64,000 bases of DNA from Pseudomonadota bacterium (GCA_021802545.1 JAJZRS010000015.1:2239-66238); one strand, 5' to 3'. Positions 47,867-58,221 are shown, counted from the first letter of the stretch. The notes: generated by a model not told the origin, from the letters alone. Program-made: numbers and translations.

Positions 47867-48295
47867 ATGCTGAACGAGGAGGCTTACAGGAAGGCTCGGG
47901 TAGATGCGGAAAGCATTCCCTGCCCTTTCGGCAAGGCGATTCTCGCCCGCTGCTGCCAATGCTCGCTCAGCCTCAAGCGCAACATCGCGGAACGCGAAGT
48001 GGCGGCCTGCAGCGACAGGACAGCCCAGTCAGCCTGCCAGGCCCTGCTCGAACTGCTCCTGGACAAGGCGCTTTTCGCCCTGAAGCATGCGCAAAGCGAG
48101 ATCCCGCATGCCAAGGCGATGAAAATCCAGTGCGGCGGATTGGCGGGAATAGCTGAAGCTTGCGGATCTTCCCTGGAAGACGTGCATGCCCTCGTGCTGA
48201 GCGCTGTCGAAAGATTCGGCTCGCTCGACGATCTGCCCTATTCCGAGATCATGAAATCGATCTCAGCCTTCGAAATTCGCAAAAAGCCTCAATAA
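47867..48295 (+). CDS. Hypothetical Cys-rich protein (142 aa)
   Basis: Eight Cys, including PCPFGKAILARCCQCS. Directly abuts the upstream small ORF. No family recognised. Confidence 0.5.
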   Translation: MLNEEAYRKARVDAESIPCPFGKAILARCCQCSLSLKRNIAEREVAACSDRTAQSACQALLELLLDKALFALKHAQSEIPHAKAMKIQCGGLAGIAEACGSSLEDVHALVLSAVERFGSLDDLPYSEIMKSISAFEIRKKPQ

Positions 48296-48837
48296 GCCGC
48301 CGCGCAAAAATCCGAAATTTCCCGAACCAGTTTCGCTGCTGCGCGGTTCGCCGCAATCACCCCGCCGTAGGGAGTGTTCTCCGGGCAATCTTCGAATGTC
48401 TCGAACATCCTGGTTTCCGATTTTCCCTTCATCTCCAGCCTCTCGCGCATCACCAGATGGATTTTGCTGGATTTCCCGGAAAATTCCTGCCTCAGCATGA
48501 CGATTTCGCTATAAAGATGCATGTCGCCCCGAGCCCCGCCGCCTTTCACGTTCTCGAAGCGCCTGGAAAGCGACTCGACCAGGATCGGATAGAGCATCGC
48601 CCCCGGGCTCGCGACCCAGCTGTTTTTCGCGAAATAATCGATTCGATGGGGCAGCGTCATGTAAGCCATGCCCACGGTATCGTATCCCGGCAGCATGGCA
48701 GGGCGCTCCACGACCAGGGTCGACGGAATCAGATGGCCGGGCTGGGCCGTCTCGATCGGAAAATCGATCGAGTAGCGCTCGACCCTGGGCTGAGTCGCGC
48801 ATGAAGCAAGCAGAAAAACCAGCAGCAATAGTCTCAT
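48289..48837 (-). CDS. ABC-type transport auxiliary lipoprotein (DUF330/PqiC-like) of the MCE system
   Basis: Starts at MRLLLLVFLLASCA (lipobox; ATG 48837, 1 nt after the MlaD-like stop). Size and position match the lipoprotein partner of MCE transporters. Confidence 0.7.
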   Translation of the reverse strand: MRLLLLVFLLASCATQPRVERYSIDFPIETAQPGHLIPSTLVVERPAMLPGYDTVGMAYMTLPHRIDYFAKNSWVASPGAMLYPILVESLSRRFENVKGGGARGDMHLYSEIVMLRQEFSGKSSKIHLVMRERLEMKGKSETRMFETFEDCPENTPYGGVIAANRAAAKLVREISDFCAAAY

Positions 48838-48838
48838 T

Positions 48839-49741
48839 TCATTCTCCCGGCCCCAATTTGGCCGCAGGCTTGCCGTAAACAAGCACGGATGGATTTCTTT
48901 CTATCTCGTCCGTCAATCGGGTCAACGAGGAAGACAAGTCGCGCAGCTGGCCCATCAGCGCCTTCAGATCGGGGATCGTCGCATCGACACCCTCTATCGC
49001 ATTGCGCGCAGCCATGCTCGATTTCGATGCATCCTTCGCCATCTTGTCGAGCGCGTCCGCCGCTTTTCCGATGCGCGCAACCAGTTCGGGCAGGGACTGG
49101 CTCGCCTCTTCGCCGTTGGACAGCATCTTGGACGCGCTTTTCAGCCCCGCATCGATGTCGCCAGAGCGCCTGGCGAGCGTGTCGCTCAGCTTGGAAAGGC
49201 CGGAGAGGATTTTGGAAAGATCCGCCCTGTTCTTTGCATTCAACGTTTCGTTAAGCCTTTCGATCGAGACGTTGAGATTCGCCAATATGGGCGTGATCGA
49301 CGTGTCGAGCCTGCTCATAAGCGAAGGCGCAGAGCGGATCACGGGATATTTCTCCCCGTCCTTCGCTTTCAATACGGGAGATTTCTCGCCGCCGCCAGAG
49401 AGCTCGATGGTCGCAAGTCCGGTGAGTCCCTGGCTGCGCAAGGTCGCCACGGTGTTTTCCCGGATGACGATGCCCTTTTCGATTTCGAGGAGAAGGCGCA
49501 CGGATTCCTGCCTGGTCTGCGCGATCGAGATGTCCTTGACCCGGCCCACCTCCACGCCCTTGTACCTGACCGGCGCGTTCAGGTTGAGCCCTGCGACCGA
49601 TTCGTTCATGTAGACGAGGTAGTCGCTGTAGCTTTTCCTGTATTGCATGCCCGCGCCGAGCCAGATCACGCCTGCGATCAGCGCAATGCCTAGGATGAGG
49701 ACGAAGATGCCGACGATCGTGTAGCTTACCTTTGTTTCCAT
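48839..49741 (-). CDS. MCE/MlaD-family substrate-binding protein
   Basis: 300 aa. N-terminal TM (IVGIFVLILGIALIAGVIWL). MCE domain: GLNLNAPVRYKGVEVGRVKDISI...ATLRSQGLTGLATIEL. Helical C-terminus. Confidence 0.85.
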   Translation of the reverse strand: METKVSYTIVGIFVLILGIALIAGVIWLGAGMQYRKSYSDYLVYMNESVAGLNLNAPVRYKGVEVGRVKDISIAQTRQESVRLLLEIEKGIVIRENTVATLRSQGLTGLATIELSGGGEKSPVLKAKDGEKYPVIRSAPSLMSRLDTSITPILANLNVSIERLNETLNAKNRADLSKILSGLSKLSDTLARRSGDIDAGLKSASKMLSNGEEASQSLPELVARIGKAADALDKMAKDASKSSMAARNAIEGVDATIPDLKALMGQLRDLSSSLTRLTDEIERNPSVLVYGKPAAKLGPGE

Positions 49742-50496
49742 GCCTGCTCCCGGGCTGCCCTGCCCCTGGGCCCGTAAAAATATTCGCGGATGAGCGGGTC
49801 ACTCGATTCTGAAAGCTCGGGCATGGTGCCCACGCCGAGCACGCGTCCTTCGCCGAGGAAAGCCACCCTGTCCGCCACATGCCAGAGCAGGTCGAGATCG
49901 TGCGTGACGATCACCATGGTGAGCTCCAGCGCATGCCTGAGATGATTGACGAGTTCGTCGAAACCGCTCGCGCTCAAGGGATCCAGCCCTGCGGTCGGCT
50001 CGTCCAGGAAAAGCAGCTCGGGATCGAGCGCCAAGGCTCTCGCGAGCGCGGCACGCTTCCTCATGCCGCCGGAAAGCTCGTCCGGATACTTGAACCGCGC
50101 ATTTTCCGGCAGACCTGCAAGCGCAATCTTGATCGAAGCGATCTCGTCGATCAAGTCCCCGCTCAAGACGGTATGTTCCCTGAGCGGCAGACCCACGTTC
50201 TCGATCACGTTGAGCGAGCTGAACAGCGCCCCTCGCTCGAACATCATCCCGCAGCGCTTCCTGAAAGAAAGCGCCGACTCCTCGTCGAGACCGAGTATCT
50301 CCTGCCCGAAAACGCGAATCGATCCCGAGGCGGGTTTTTGCAGCAGCACGATTTCCCTGAGCAAGGTCGATTTCCCGCAGCCGCTCGACCCCGCGATCGC
50401 GAAAACTTCTCCCCGCTCGACATCCAGATTGACATGATCGTGGACGACCGACTCGCCGAACCGGGTGCACAGATCGGTGATCTCCAGCGCCTTCAC
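49726..50496 (-). CDS. ABC transporter ATP-binding protein (MlaF-like)
   Basis: GTG 50496 (VKALEITDL...) overlaps the permease stop (GTGA). Walker A GSSGCGKST, signature LSGGMRKR, Walker B LLFLDEPT. Confidence 0.85.
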   Translation of the reverse strand: MKALEITDLCTRFGESVVHDHVNLDVERGEVFAIAGSSGCGKSTLLREIVLLQKPASGSIRVFGQEILGLDEESALSFRKRCGMMFERGALFSSLNVIENVGLPLREHTVLSGDLIDEIASIKIALAGLPENARFKYPDELSGGMRKRAALARALALDPELLFLDEPTAGLDPLSASGFDELVNHLRHALELTMVIVTHDLDLLWHVADRVAFLGEGRVLGVGTMPELSESSDPLIREYFYGPRGRAAREQAWKQR

Positions 50497-51557
50497 AAAT
50501 GCACCACGCTGAAGATGACTGAAAAGATCGCATCGGCCACGATCACCAGGAAGATGGCCTGCACCACGCTTTTCGTGGTCTGCCTGCCGACGCTGTCGGC
50601 GCCGCCTTCGACCTGGAAGCCCTGGAAGCATCCCACGATCGCAATGATCGACGCGAAAACGGGCGCCTTGCCTATGCCAACGAGAAAAGCGGAAAGCCTG
50701 ATGGACGCGCCGAACCGGTCGATAAAATCAGTATAGCCGACGCCGAGATTGAAGGAAGCCATGATCATTCCGCCCAGAACGCCCATGATGTCCGCATAGA
50801 CGGTGAGGAGAGGCAGGGCGATGAGGAGCGCGATGATCTTCGGCAATACGAGCTGTTCGGTGGGCGAGACGCCTATCGTTTTCATCGCGTCGACCTCTTC
50901 GGTCACCTTCATGGTGCCGATCTGCGCCGTGAAGGCCGAACCCGAGCGCCCCGCGATGATGATCGCGGTGAGCAGCGGCCCGAGCTCCCTCAGCATAGAA
51001 AGCCCGACGAGGTCGACGACGAAAATGTTGGCCCCGTATCTCGCCAACTGCCCTGCCCCCTGGTAGGCGATCACGATCCCCATCAGAAAGGAGAGCAGCC
51101 CAGAAATGGGCAGTGCGTCGAAGCCGGCATGCTGGAGATTGTGCATCACCGGCTTCCAGCGTATCCTGCCGCGCAGCAGCACAAGCGCGGCCTCGCCGAC
51201 GAAAGCCACCATGCCCCGCATCTCGCGAATGGCGTTCCAGCCCCAAGCGCCGAGCTTTTCCAGGAAATCCCCGCCTTCGGATTTACCCTTGCCGCCCAGC
51301 CCGAGGGACGAGACCATTGCGACGAGCGAGGCATGCTGGGGTTTCATTCCGGACACCTCGAGAGAGAGTTTCCCGAACGTCCTGAAGAAAAGCCATGCGC
51401 CCGCCGTATCCATGGCCGATATGCCGCTCGCGTCGATGGAGCCGAGTTCAGCGGTTTTCAGGCCGGACAGCCTGTCTTCCAGGTCAGGCACGCCCGTGAC
51501 CGTCCATTCGCCGACCAAGCTGATTCTGGAATCGACGATTTCGATTCCGGCGCGCAT
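50493..51557 (-). CDS. MlaE-family ABC permease with N-terminal STAS-like extension
   Basis: 354 aa. The first ~100 aa resemble an MlaB/STAS module (ISLVGEWTV...IDASGISAMDTAGAWLF). The remainder is an MlaE-type permease (LGPLLTAIIIAGRSGSAFTAQIGTMKVTEEVDAM). Confidence 0.85.
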   Translation of the reverse strand: MRAGIEIVDSRISLVGEWTVTGVPDLEDRLSGLKTAELGSIDASGISAMDTAGAWLFFRTFGKLSLEVSGMKPQHASLVAMVSSLGLGGKGKSEGGDFLEKLGAWGWNAIREMRGMVAFVGEAALVLLRGRIRWKPVMHNLQHAGFDALPISGLLSFLMGIVIAYQGAGQLARYGANIFVVDLVGLSMLRELGPLLTAIIIAGRSGSAFTAQIGTMKVTEEVDAMKTIGVSPTEQLVLPKIIALLIALPLLTVYADIMGVLGGMIMASFNLGVGYTDFIDRFGASIRLSAFLVGIGKAPVFASIIAIVGCFQGFQVEGGADSVGRQTTKSVVQAIFLVIVADAIFSVIFSVVHL

Positions 51558-51558
51558 C

Positions 51559-52917
51559 CTATTCTCCGCTATCCGGCACGACGGACAAGCGCTCCATCTC
51601 GCCCAGCTCCACCGCTTCTATCTTGGCAAAGCGCTGCGTGATCTTCCTGCTCGAGACGTGCACCTCTTCCACATCCTTGTTGGCCAGACGGATGTGGTCG
51701 GCCAGGTTCTTCATGCGCTTGTCGAAAAGCCCGAAATCGCGTCCCAGCTTGGCCAGCTCTTCCTTGATGATATGCACCTGCTTTCTGGTCTCCACATCCT
51801 TCAGCACGGCTCTTGCAGTATTGAGGACGGCCATCAAGGTGGTGGGGGAGACGATCCAGACGCGTTTTTGCATCGCATAGTCGACCAGATCCGCGTGGTA
51901 GGCATGGATCTCGGCGAAAACCGCTTCCGCTGGAACGAACATCACCGCGCCGTCCGAAGTTTCGCCGGGAATGATGTATTTCTTCGCGATGTCCTCGACA
52001 TGGCGCTTCACGTCGGACTTGAACAGCTTCTGCGCGGCAAGGCGTTCCGCCTCGGGAAGGCCGGTATCGAGCATGCGGTGGTAGTTTTCCAATGGGAATT
52101 TCGAATCGACCGCGACCTTGCCCGTCGGTTCGGGCAGGAAAAGCACGCAGTCCGCCCGCGCGCCGTTGCCCAAGGTGTGCTGCATCGCGTAGAAAGGCTG
52201 ATCAGGATTGTTGGGCAGGATGTTTCTCACCAGGGACTCGAGCTGCACTTCGCCGAATGCGCCCCTGGAACGCTTGTCTCCGAGCAGCTCCTGAAGGCTG
52301 ACGACATTGGAAGTCAGGCCGTCGATCTTCTTTTGCGCCTCGTCTATGGTCGCCAGCCGCTCGATGACGCTGGTAAAGGTCTCGTTCGTTTTCTTGAAGC
52401 CTTCATCCAGCCGCTCCGTCACCTTCCCGCTGATCTCGGCCAGGCGCTCGTCGACCGTCTTGTTCATCCTGTCGATGCTGGAGACGAGCTGTTCGGACGC
52501 CTGGCGGAGCGAATTCGAAATCTGCTCCTGGGACAATCTGCCCTGTTCCGCGAGCTTGGACTGAAGCGAGAGCGTCAGGTCGGAAAGCTGCTGGATCAGT
52601 GTTTCCCTGTTTTTCGCCAGCTGCTCGTTCTGCGCAACCTGCAGGGACTGCATCGCCTCTCTCGTCTGGGAAAGCTCCTGGGAGACCTGGCTCTTCAGGC
52701 GCTCCCCGGATTCGAGGAGCGCAGTCCCCATCCTGTCGGACTGCTTCGCCAGCCCTTCATGCAGATCGGAAAGAACCGCCCTGTGCTTCTCCTCGGTCAG
52801 GCGGATTTGATTTTCCGAGGCGTTGCGCAAGGACACCGAAACCCTGAATGCGAAAAAGCCGAAAGCAGCGAACATCAGCACTGCGAATACGGACAACAGA
52901 ATTTCTAGCATGCCCAC
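51559..52917 (-). CDS. rmuC: DNA recombination protein RmuC
   Basis: 452 aa. N-terminal TM, long coiled coil, and C-terminal nuclease-like region (FVPAEAVFAEI...VSPTTLMAVL). Confidence 0.85.
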   Translation of the reverse strand: MGMLEILLSVFAVLMFAAFGFFAFRVSVSLRNASENQIRLTEEKHRAVLSDLHEGLAKQSDRMGTALLESGERLKSQVSQELSQTREAMQSLQVAQNEQLAKNRETLIQQLSDLTLSLQSKLAEQGRLSQEQISNSLRQASEQLVSSIDRMNKTVDERLAEISGKVTERLDEGFKKTNETFTSVIERLATIDEAQKKIDGLTSNVVSLQELLGDKRSRGAFGEVQLESLVRNILPNNPDQPFYAMQHTLGNGARADCVLFLPEPTGKVAVDSKFPLENYHRMLDTGLPEAERLAAQKLFKSDVKRHVEDIAKKYIIPGETSDGAVMFVPAEAVFAEIHAYHADLVDYAMQKRVWIVSPTTLMAVLNTARAVLKDVETRKQVHIIKEELAKLGRDFGLFDKRMKNLADHIRLANKDVEEVHVSSRKITQRFAKIEAVELGEMERLSVVPDSGE

Positions 52918-52973
52918 TCCTCTTTTTACAAGTATACATCAGGCACAAAACCTCCCCAACACTGGAAAATCCT

Positions 52974-53001
52974 TTGAATATCAAAAAAATTCGGATATAA
53001 T
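52974..53001 (+). promoter_or_regulatory. Candidate sigma70 promoter of the rpsF operon (TTGAAT-16-TATAAT)
   Basis: TTGAAT at 52974-52979 and TATAAT at 52996-53001, 64 nt upstream of the rpsF ATG. Confidence 0.55.
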
Positions 53002-53015
53002 TCCGCCTTTGCCTT

Positions 53016-53043
53016 GCCTTACCGTCTGCGCGTGGCGGAAGGC
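53016..53043 (+). promoter_or_regulatory. Hairpin in the rpsF 5' leader (possible S6:S18 autoregulatory element)
   Basis: GCCTT-a-CCG ... CGG-AAGGC stem-loop between the promoter and the RBS. A conserved S6:S18-binding leader has been described upstream of bacterial rpsF. I cannot confirm a match to that motif without a covariance model. Confidence 0.3.
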
Positions 53044-53064
53044 TACAACCCACAAGGAGAGTTC

Positions 53065-53436
53065 ATGCGACACTACGAAATCGTTTTCATCGTCCATCCC
53101 GACCAGAGCGAGCAGGTGCCCGCGATGATCGAACGCTACAGGGGAATGGTCACTTCCAAGTCAGGGCAAGTGCACCGCCTGGAAGACTGGGGCCGCCGCC
53201 AGCTGGCCTATCCCATCGAAAAGATCCACAAGGCGCATTACGTGCTGATGAACGTCGAATGCGACCAGGAAACCCTGGAAGAACTCGAGCACACGTTCAA
53301 GTTCAACGACGCGATCCTGCGCCACCTCACCGTCAAGATGCATTCCGCAGTGACCGAGCCGTCCCCGATGATGCGCGAAGAAAAGCAGAAGGCTGCGCCG
53401 GTCGCCGAGGAAGGAAAGCAGGCAGAAACCGCCTAA
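53065..53436 (+). CDS. rpsF: 30S ribosomal protein S6
   Basis: [25 protein letters not shown]... behind RBS AAGGAGAG. The track ORF starts earlier, at 53014. Confidence 0.95.
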   Translation: MRHYEIVFIVHPDQSEQVPAMIERYRGMVTSKSGQVHRLEDWGRRQLAYPIEKIHKAHYVLMNVECDQETLEELEHTFKFNDAILRHLTVKMHSAVTEPSPMMREEKQKAAPVAEEGKQAETA

Positions 53437-53730
53437 GTGAATCGCGCCAGCCTCACCGGAGCATTTTCCACATCCGATGCGCTGCGCTATTCGCCTTCAG
53501 GGGTGCCGATTCTGGAATTCAGAGTATTCCATTCATCGACCCAGACAGAAGGCGGCATGGCGCGAAAAGTCGAACTCGAGATGGACGGCCTGGCAGTAGC
53601 CGATATCGCAAAAGCCCTGTCGGGCATCGAATCGGGGACTCAGGTCAGCCTGGAAGGCTTCCTGGCAAGGAAGGGCGCGAAGAGCAGAGAGATCGTTTTC
53701 CATGCAACCCATTTTGAATTAACAGGATAA
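53437..53730 (+). CDS. priB: Primosomal replication protein N (PriB)
   Basis: 97 aa with a GTG start right after the rpsF stop. Single OB-fold-size protein in the conserved rpsF-priB-rpsR-rplI slot. Confidence 0.8.
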   Translation: MNRASLTGAFSTSDALRYSPSGVPILEFRVFHSSTQTEGGMARKVELEMDGLAVADIAKALSGIESGTQVSLEGFLARKGAKSREIVFHATHFELTG

Positions 53731-53734
53731 AATC

Positions 53735-54010
53735 ATGTCACGTCCATTCAAACGCAACGACAAGAACAAGAAAGAAAACAACGCCTCGCGCAATCTTTTC
53801 AAGCGCAGGAAATTCTGCCGCTTCACCGCGGAAGGCATCAAGGAAATCGACTACAAGGACGTCGATCTCCTGAAGGACTTCATCAGCGAGAACGGCAAAA
53901 TCATTCCTTCCCGCATCACGGGAACCAAGGCCCATTACCAGCGTCAGCTCGGAGCGGCGATCAAGCGCGCCCGCTTCCTTGCGCTGCTTCCCTACACCGA
54001 TCTGCACTGA
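53735..54010 (+). CDS. rpsR: 30S ribosomal protein S18
   Basis: 91 aa. [51 protein letters not shown]. Confidence 0.95.
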   Translation: MSRPFKRNDKNKKENNASRNLFKRRKFCRFTAEGIKEIDYKDVDLLKDFISENGKIIPSRITGTKAHYQRQLGAAIKRARFLALLPYTDLH

Positions 54011-54020
54011 GGAGTACACC

Positions 54021-54467
54021 ATGCAAGTCATTCTGATGGAAAAAGTCGCCAACCTCGGCGTATTGGGCGACATCGTCAAGGTCAAGGACGGGTATGCCAG
54101 GAATTTCCTGATCCCGAACAAGAAAGCCAAGCGAGCAACGGCAGCCAACATCGCCGAATTCGAGGAAAAGCGCGCAATTCTGGAAAAAGCCCAGCAGGAA
54201 ATCCTCGCCAAGGCCCGGGAGCTCGGCCAGAAAATCGACGGGCTGGTCGTGACGATCCCGCACAATGCCGGCGTGGACGGAAAGCTTTTCGGATCGATCA
54301 CCAATGCGGACATTTCGGAAGCATTGAAGGCCCAGGGCTTTGAAGTGGAGAAATCTTCCGTTCGCCTGCCCGAAGGCCCGCTGAAGCAGACGGGAGAGCA
54401 TCAGGTTGCCGTCGCGCTGCATGCGGACGTCGTGCCGACCATCACCGTTTCCGTGGTCGCAGCTTAA
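54021..54467 (+). CDS. rplI: 50S ribosomal protein L9
   Basis: 148 aa from ATG 54021 behind [38 protein letters not shown]. Confidence 0.95.
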   Translation: MQVILMEKVANLGVLGDIVKVKDGYARNFLIPNKKAKRATAANIAEFEEKRAILEKAQQEILAKARELGQKIDGLVVTIPHNAGVDGKLFGSITNADISEALKAQGFEVEKSSVRLPEGPLKQTGEHQVAVALHADVVPTITVSVVAA

Positions 54468-54475
54468 GCAAAACA

Positions 54476-54496
54476 GGGGGCTTTCGCCCCCTTTTC
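54476..54496 (+). terminator. Rho-independent terminator after rplI
   Basis: GGGGGC-TTTC-GCCCCC followed by TTTTCC. Confidence 0.7.
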
Positions 54497-54527
54497 CACG
54501 GCTTGAATTGAAACACGGTCGAACGCA

Positions 54528-55889
54528 ATGACTCTGGAAATCGATTCGATCAAGCTTCCCCCACATTCCGTCGAAGCAGAACAATCCGTGCTCGGCGGAC
54601 TGCTGCTCGACAACAATGCCTGGGACAAGATCGCCGATCTCATCAACGAAGGCGATTTCTACAGGCAGGACCACCGCCTCATCTACCGGCACATCGCAGT
54701 CCTGATCGCCAGGACCAGCCCGGCGGACGTCGTCACCGTCTCCGAATCGCTCGAAAGCAGCCAGGAACTCTCGAACGCAGGCGGCATCGCCTACCTGGGT
54801 TCTCTTGCACAAAATACGCCATCTGCTGCGAACATACGTCGATATGCAGAGATCGTCAGGGAAAGATCGGTCATGAGGAAGCTCGCCGAGGTGGGCGCGG
54901 CGATCTCCGAATCGGCATACAATCCCCTTGGGCGGACTGCAGGCGAACTGCTCGACTCGGCCGAGGCCAAGGTTTTCGAAATCGCCGAGGCGAGCGCAAA
55001 AGGCAAGCAGGGTTTCGTCAACATCCAGCCGCTGCTGCGCGAAGTCGTCGAGCGCATCGAAGTCCTCTACAACAGGGAGGACGACAGCGACGTCACCGGC
55101 ATCGCCACGGGATTCGCCGATCTCGACCAGAAAACCTCCGGCCTGCAGCCCGGGGACCTCGTGATCGTCGCGGGCCGTCCCAGCATGGGAAAGACCGCAT
55201 TTTCGCTCAACATCGCCGAAAATGTGGCACTTTATTCGAAAAAGCCGGTTGCAGTATTCAGCATGGAAATGGGCGGCGCCCAGCTCGCCATGCGCATGCT
55301 GGGCTCCGTTGGCCGGCTGGACCAGCACAAGCTGCGCACGGGAAAGCTCGCAGACGACGACTGGCCTAACCTGACCCATGCGCTCGGAAAGCTGTCGGAG
55401 GCGCCGCTCTACATCGACGAAACGCCTTCGCTCAATTCGATCGAGCTGCGGGCCAGCTCGCGCAGGCTGCACAGGCAGCACGGCGAACTCGGCCTGATCG
55501 TGGTCGACTACCTCCAGCTCATGTCGGCCAACTCGGCGGGCGAAAACAGGGCGACGGAAATATCGGAGATCTCCCGCTCGCTCAAGGCGCTTGCAAAGGA
55601 GCTTCATGTTCCCGTCGTCGCGCTCTCCCAGCTCAACAGAAGCCTGGAACAGCGCCCCAACAAGCGCCCCGTCATGTCCGATTTGCGCGAATCGGGCGCG
55701 ATCGAACAGGACGCCGACCTGATCCTGTTCATCTATCGGGACGAAGTCTACAACCCTGAAAGCCAGGACAAGGGCATCGCCGAGATCATCATCGGCAAGC
55801 AGCGGAACGGCCCCATCGGCACCGTAAGGCTGACCTTCCTCGGCGAATACACGAGATTTGAAAACGCAGCCCATTCGGGGCAATACTGA
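54528..55889 (+). CDS. dnaB: Replicative DNA helicase DnaB
   Basis: 453 aa. PPHSVEAEQSVLGGLLLD, Walker A GRPSMGKT, IVVDYLQLM, and SQLNRSLEQRPNKRPVMSDLRESGAIEQDAD. Confidence 0.95.
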   Translation: MTLEIDSIKLPPHSVEAEQSVLGGLLLDNNAWDKIADLINEGDFYRQDHRLIYRHIAVLIARTSPADVVTVSESLESSQELSNAGGIAYLGSLAQNTPSAANIRRYAEIVRERSVMRKLAEVGAAISESAYNPLGRTAGELLDSAEAKVFEIAEASAKGKQGFVNIQPLLREVVERIEVLYNREDDSDVTGIATGFADLDQKTSGLQPGDLVIVAGRPSMGKTAFSLNIAENVALYSKKPVAVFSMEMGGAQLAMRMLGSVGRLDQHKLRTGKLADDDWPNLTHALGKLSEAPLYIDETPSLNSIELRASSRRLHRQHGELGLIVVDYLQLMSANSAGENRATEISEISRSLKALAKELHVPVVALSQLNRSLEQRPNKRPVMSDLRESGAIEQDADLILFIYRDEVYNPESQDKGIAEIIIGKQRNGPIGTVRLTFLGEYTRFENAAHSGQY

Positions 55890-55902
55890 CAGAAAGCACG
55901 AC

Positions 55903-57282
55903 ATGATCCGAACCCGTTTCGCGCCCAGCCCGACAGGCTACCTGCACATCGGCGGCGCGCGCACCGCACTCTTTTCATGGGCCTATGCAAAAAAGCATGG
56001 CGGCAAGTTCGTCCTCAGGATAGAGGACACGGATCTCGACCGGTCCACGCCCGAATCCGTGAAGGCGATCCTCGACGGCATGGAATGGCTCGGCCTCGAT
56101 TACGACGAAGGCCCCTTCTACCAGATGCAACGCCTGCCCCGCTACAAGGAAGTGGCCGAGCAGCTGCTGAAGGAAGGCCTCGCCTATTATTGCTACGCAT
56201 CGAAGGAAGAGCTCGACGAAATGCGCGAAGCGCAGAAGGCAAGGGGCGAGAAGCCCAGATACGACGGCAGGTGGCGAAACAGCACAAGAACGCCGCCTGA
56301 AGGCGTTGCCCCGGTCATCCGCTTCAAGACGCCGCTGGAAGGAGACGTCGTGATCGAAGATCTCGTCAAGGGCAAGATCTTCGTCCAGAACAGCGAGCTC
56401 GATGACCTCGTCATCATGCGCGCCGACGGCACGCCGACCTACAATTTCGGCGTCGTAATTGACGACATGGACATGGGCATCACGCACGTCATCCGGGGCG
56501 ACGACCATGTCAACAATACGCCGCGCCAGATCAACATCCTGAAGGCGATGGGCGCGCCGCTCCCCATCTACGCCCATCTGCCGATGATCCTCGGCGAGGA
56601 CGGAGAGCGGCTTTCCAAGCGGCACGGCGCAGTCAGCGTGATGCAGTACTTCGAAGACGGGTATCTGCCCGAGGCGCTGCTCAATTACCTCTCGCGGCTG
56701 GGCTGGTCTCACGGCGACGAGGAAGTCTTCGACATGGAGCAGTTCGTCGGCTGGTTCGACCTGGACAAGATCAGCAAGTCGGCCGCGCAGTTCAATCCTG
56801 AAAAGCTGCTCTGGATCAACCAGCAGCACATGAAGCATGCCGACAACGGCAGGCTGGCCAGGCTCGCCGCGCCTTTTCTCGAAAGGGATGGCTGCGACCC
56901 GAATAGCGGCCCCGATCTCGAGAAGGTCTGCGACCTGCTGAAGGAGCGCGTCAACACGGTCGAGGAACTTGCGGATGCCGCAGTCTATTTCTACAAGCGG
57001 CTTTCCCTCTCCCCCGAACTTGAGAGCGAGCATTGCACGCAGGACAACAGGCTCAACATCACCGAACTTGCGGAAAGATTTTCAGGCGCCACCTGGACGA
57101 GAGAGGAAATCGGCAAGACGATCAAGGCCTTCGCAACAGAAAAAGGGGTCAAGCTCGGAAAGATCGCCATGCCGCTCAGGGTGATGGCCACCGGGGAGGC
57201 GCACACCCCATCGATCGACGCCGTTCTCGAACTGCTCGGCAGGGATGAGGTGCTTGCCCGCCTGGATCGCTTCAAGGGCTGA
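55903..57282 (+). CDS. gltX: Glutamate--tRNA ligase
   Basis: MIRTRFAPSPTGYLHIGGARTALF (HIGH motif) and KLSKRHG (KMSKS). Start at ATG 55903 rather than the track start 55858. Confidence 0.95.
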   Translation: MIRTRFAPSPTGYLHIGGARTALFSWAYAKKHGGKFVLRIEDTDLDRSTPESVKAILDGMEWLGLDYDEGPFYQMQRLPRYKEVAEQLLKEGLAYYCYASKEELDEMREAQKARGEKPRYDGRWRNSTRTPPEGVAPVIRFKTPLEGDVVIEDLVKGKIFVQNSELDDLVIMRADGTPTYNFGVVIDDMDMGITHVIRGDDHVNNTPRQINILKAMGAPLPIYAHLPMILGEDGERLSKRHGAVSVMQYFEDGYLPEALLNYLSRLGWSHGDEEVFDMEQFVGWFDLDKISKSAAQFNPEKLLWINQQHMKHADNGRLARLAAPFLERDGCDPNSGPDLEKVCDLLKERVNTVEELADAAVYFYKRLSLSPELESEHCTQDNRLNITELAERFSGATWTREEIGKTIKAFATEKGVKLGKIAMPLRVMATGEAHTPSIDAVLELLGRDEVLARLDRFKG

Positions 57283-57334
57283 CTTGATTGATTCGGCTTT
57301 GCATGTAAAATAATCCAGGTAACCGGGACGAAGC

Positions 57335-58213
57335 ATGACAGAAGAAGCGACGATTGACGCCCTCAAGGCGACCATAAAGCGAACGGACACCCTGCCGACC
57401 ATCTCCGCGATCGGCCAAAGGCTGCTCACCCTTCGTCTCGACACGGACGAAGGCGAACGCGAACTCATGAACCTGGTCGAGTCCGATCCGATGATCGCGG
57501 CCAGGATCATCGGACTCGCCAATTCGCCCGTTTTCGCGCCTGCCAAGAAGATCTGCTCCATCAAGGATGCGGCAATGGTCCTCGGGCTTTCCAGGGTCAA
57601 GGCCATCGCGGTCAGCATCGCCCTCATGGGCCCCCTGCGCATCAGGGACAGCGAACATTTCAGCATCAAGAACCTTTGGCTGCACAGCTTTTCCATGGCA
57701 GTCGGGATGCGCACCTTGTCCGGCATGATCCCACGCGAGATCCGCCCTTCCGAGGAACTGCTTTTCCTGGCCGGGCTCCTGCACGACATCGGCTTTCTCG
57801 CCTTCGCCTACCTCGAACCGAGAAAATTCGACGAATTCATCTCCGGGATCGAGGCCGATCCCGAGAAGCCCATCACCGAAATCGAGCGAGAAACGCTCGG
57901 CGTCAGCCACGCGCAGCTGGGCGAGATGCTCGGACGCCATTGGGGGCTGCCCGAGGAGATCGTCGCCGTCATCGCAGGCCACCACGGCTCGGGCGTGTCC
58001 CATGACCCCATGCTCACGCTCGCCAGGATCACCGAACGGATACTGGGAAGCACAGCTTCCATTCGCGAGGAAGCCCGTCAAATCAGTCCCGAAGAGGAAG
58101 CAGCCGAGCTCGAGATCCTGGGCCTTCAGCCCGCCCATCTCGAAAAGGCCGCTTTCGTGATCTCCCAGCAGCAGGAACAGATCCGCATTCTCGCTGATAT
58201 GCTCGGCAGCTGA
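57335..58213 (+). CDS. HDOD domain signalling protein
   Basis: 292 aa. ESDPMIAARIIGLANSPVF...LGLSRVKAIAVSIAL...AGLLHDIGFLAFAYLEP...HAQLGEMLGRHWGLPEEIVAVIAGHH. Confidence 0.8.
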   Translation: MTEEATIDALKATIKRTDTLPTISAIGQRLLTLRLDTDEGERELMNLVESDPMIAARIIGLANSPVFAPAKKICSIKDAAMVLGLSRVKAIAVSIALMGPLRIRDSEHFSIKNLWLHSFSMAVGMRTLSGMIPREIRPSEELLFLAGLLHDIGFLAFAYLEPRKFDEFISGIEADPEKPITEIERETLGVSHAQLGEMLGRHWGLPEEIVAVIAGHHGSGVSHDPMLTLARITERILGSTASIREEARQISPEEEAAELEILGLQPAHLEKAAFVISQQQEQIRILADMLGS

Positions 58214-58221
58214 GGATGGGC

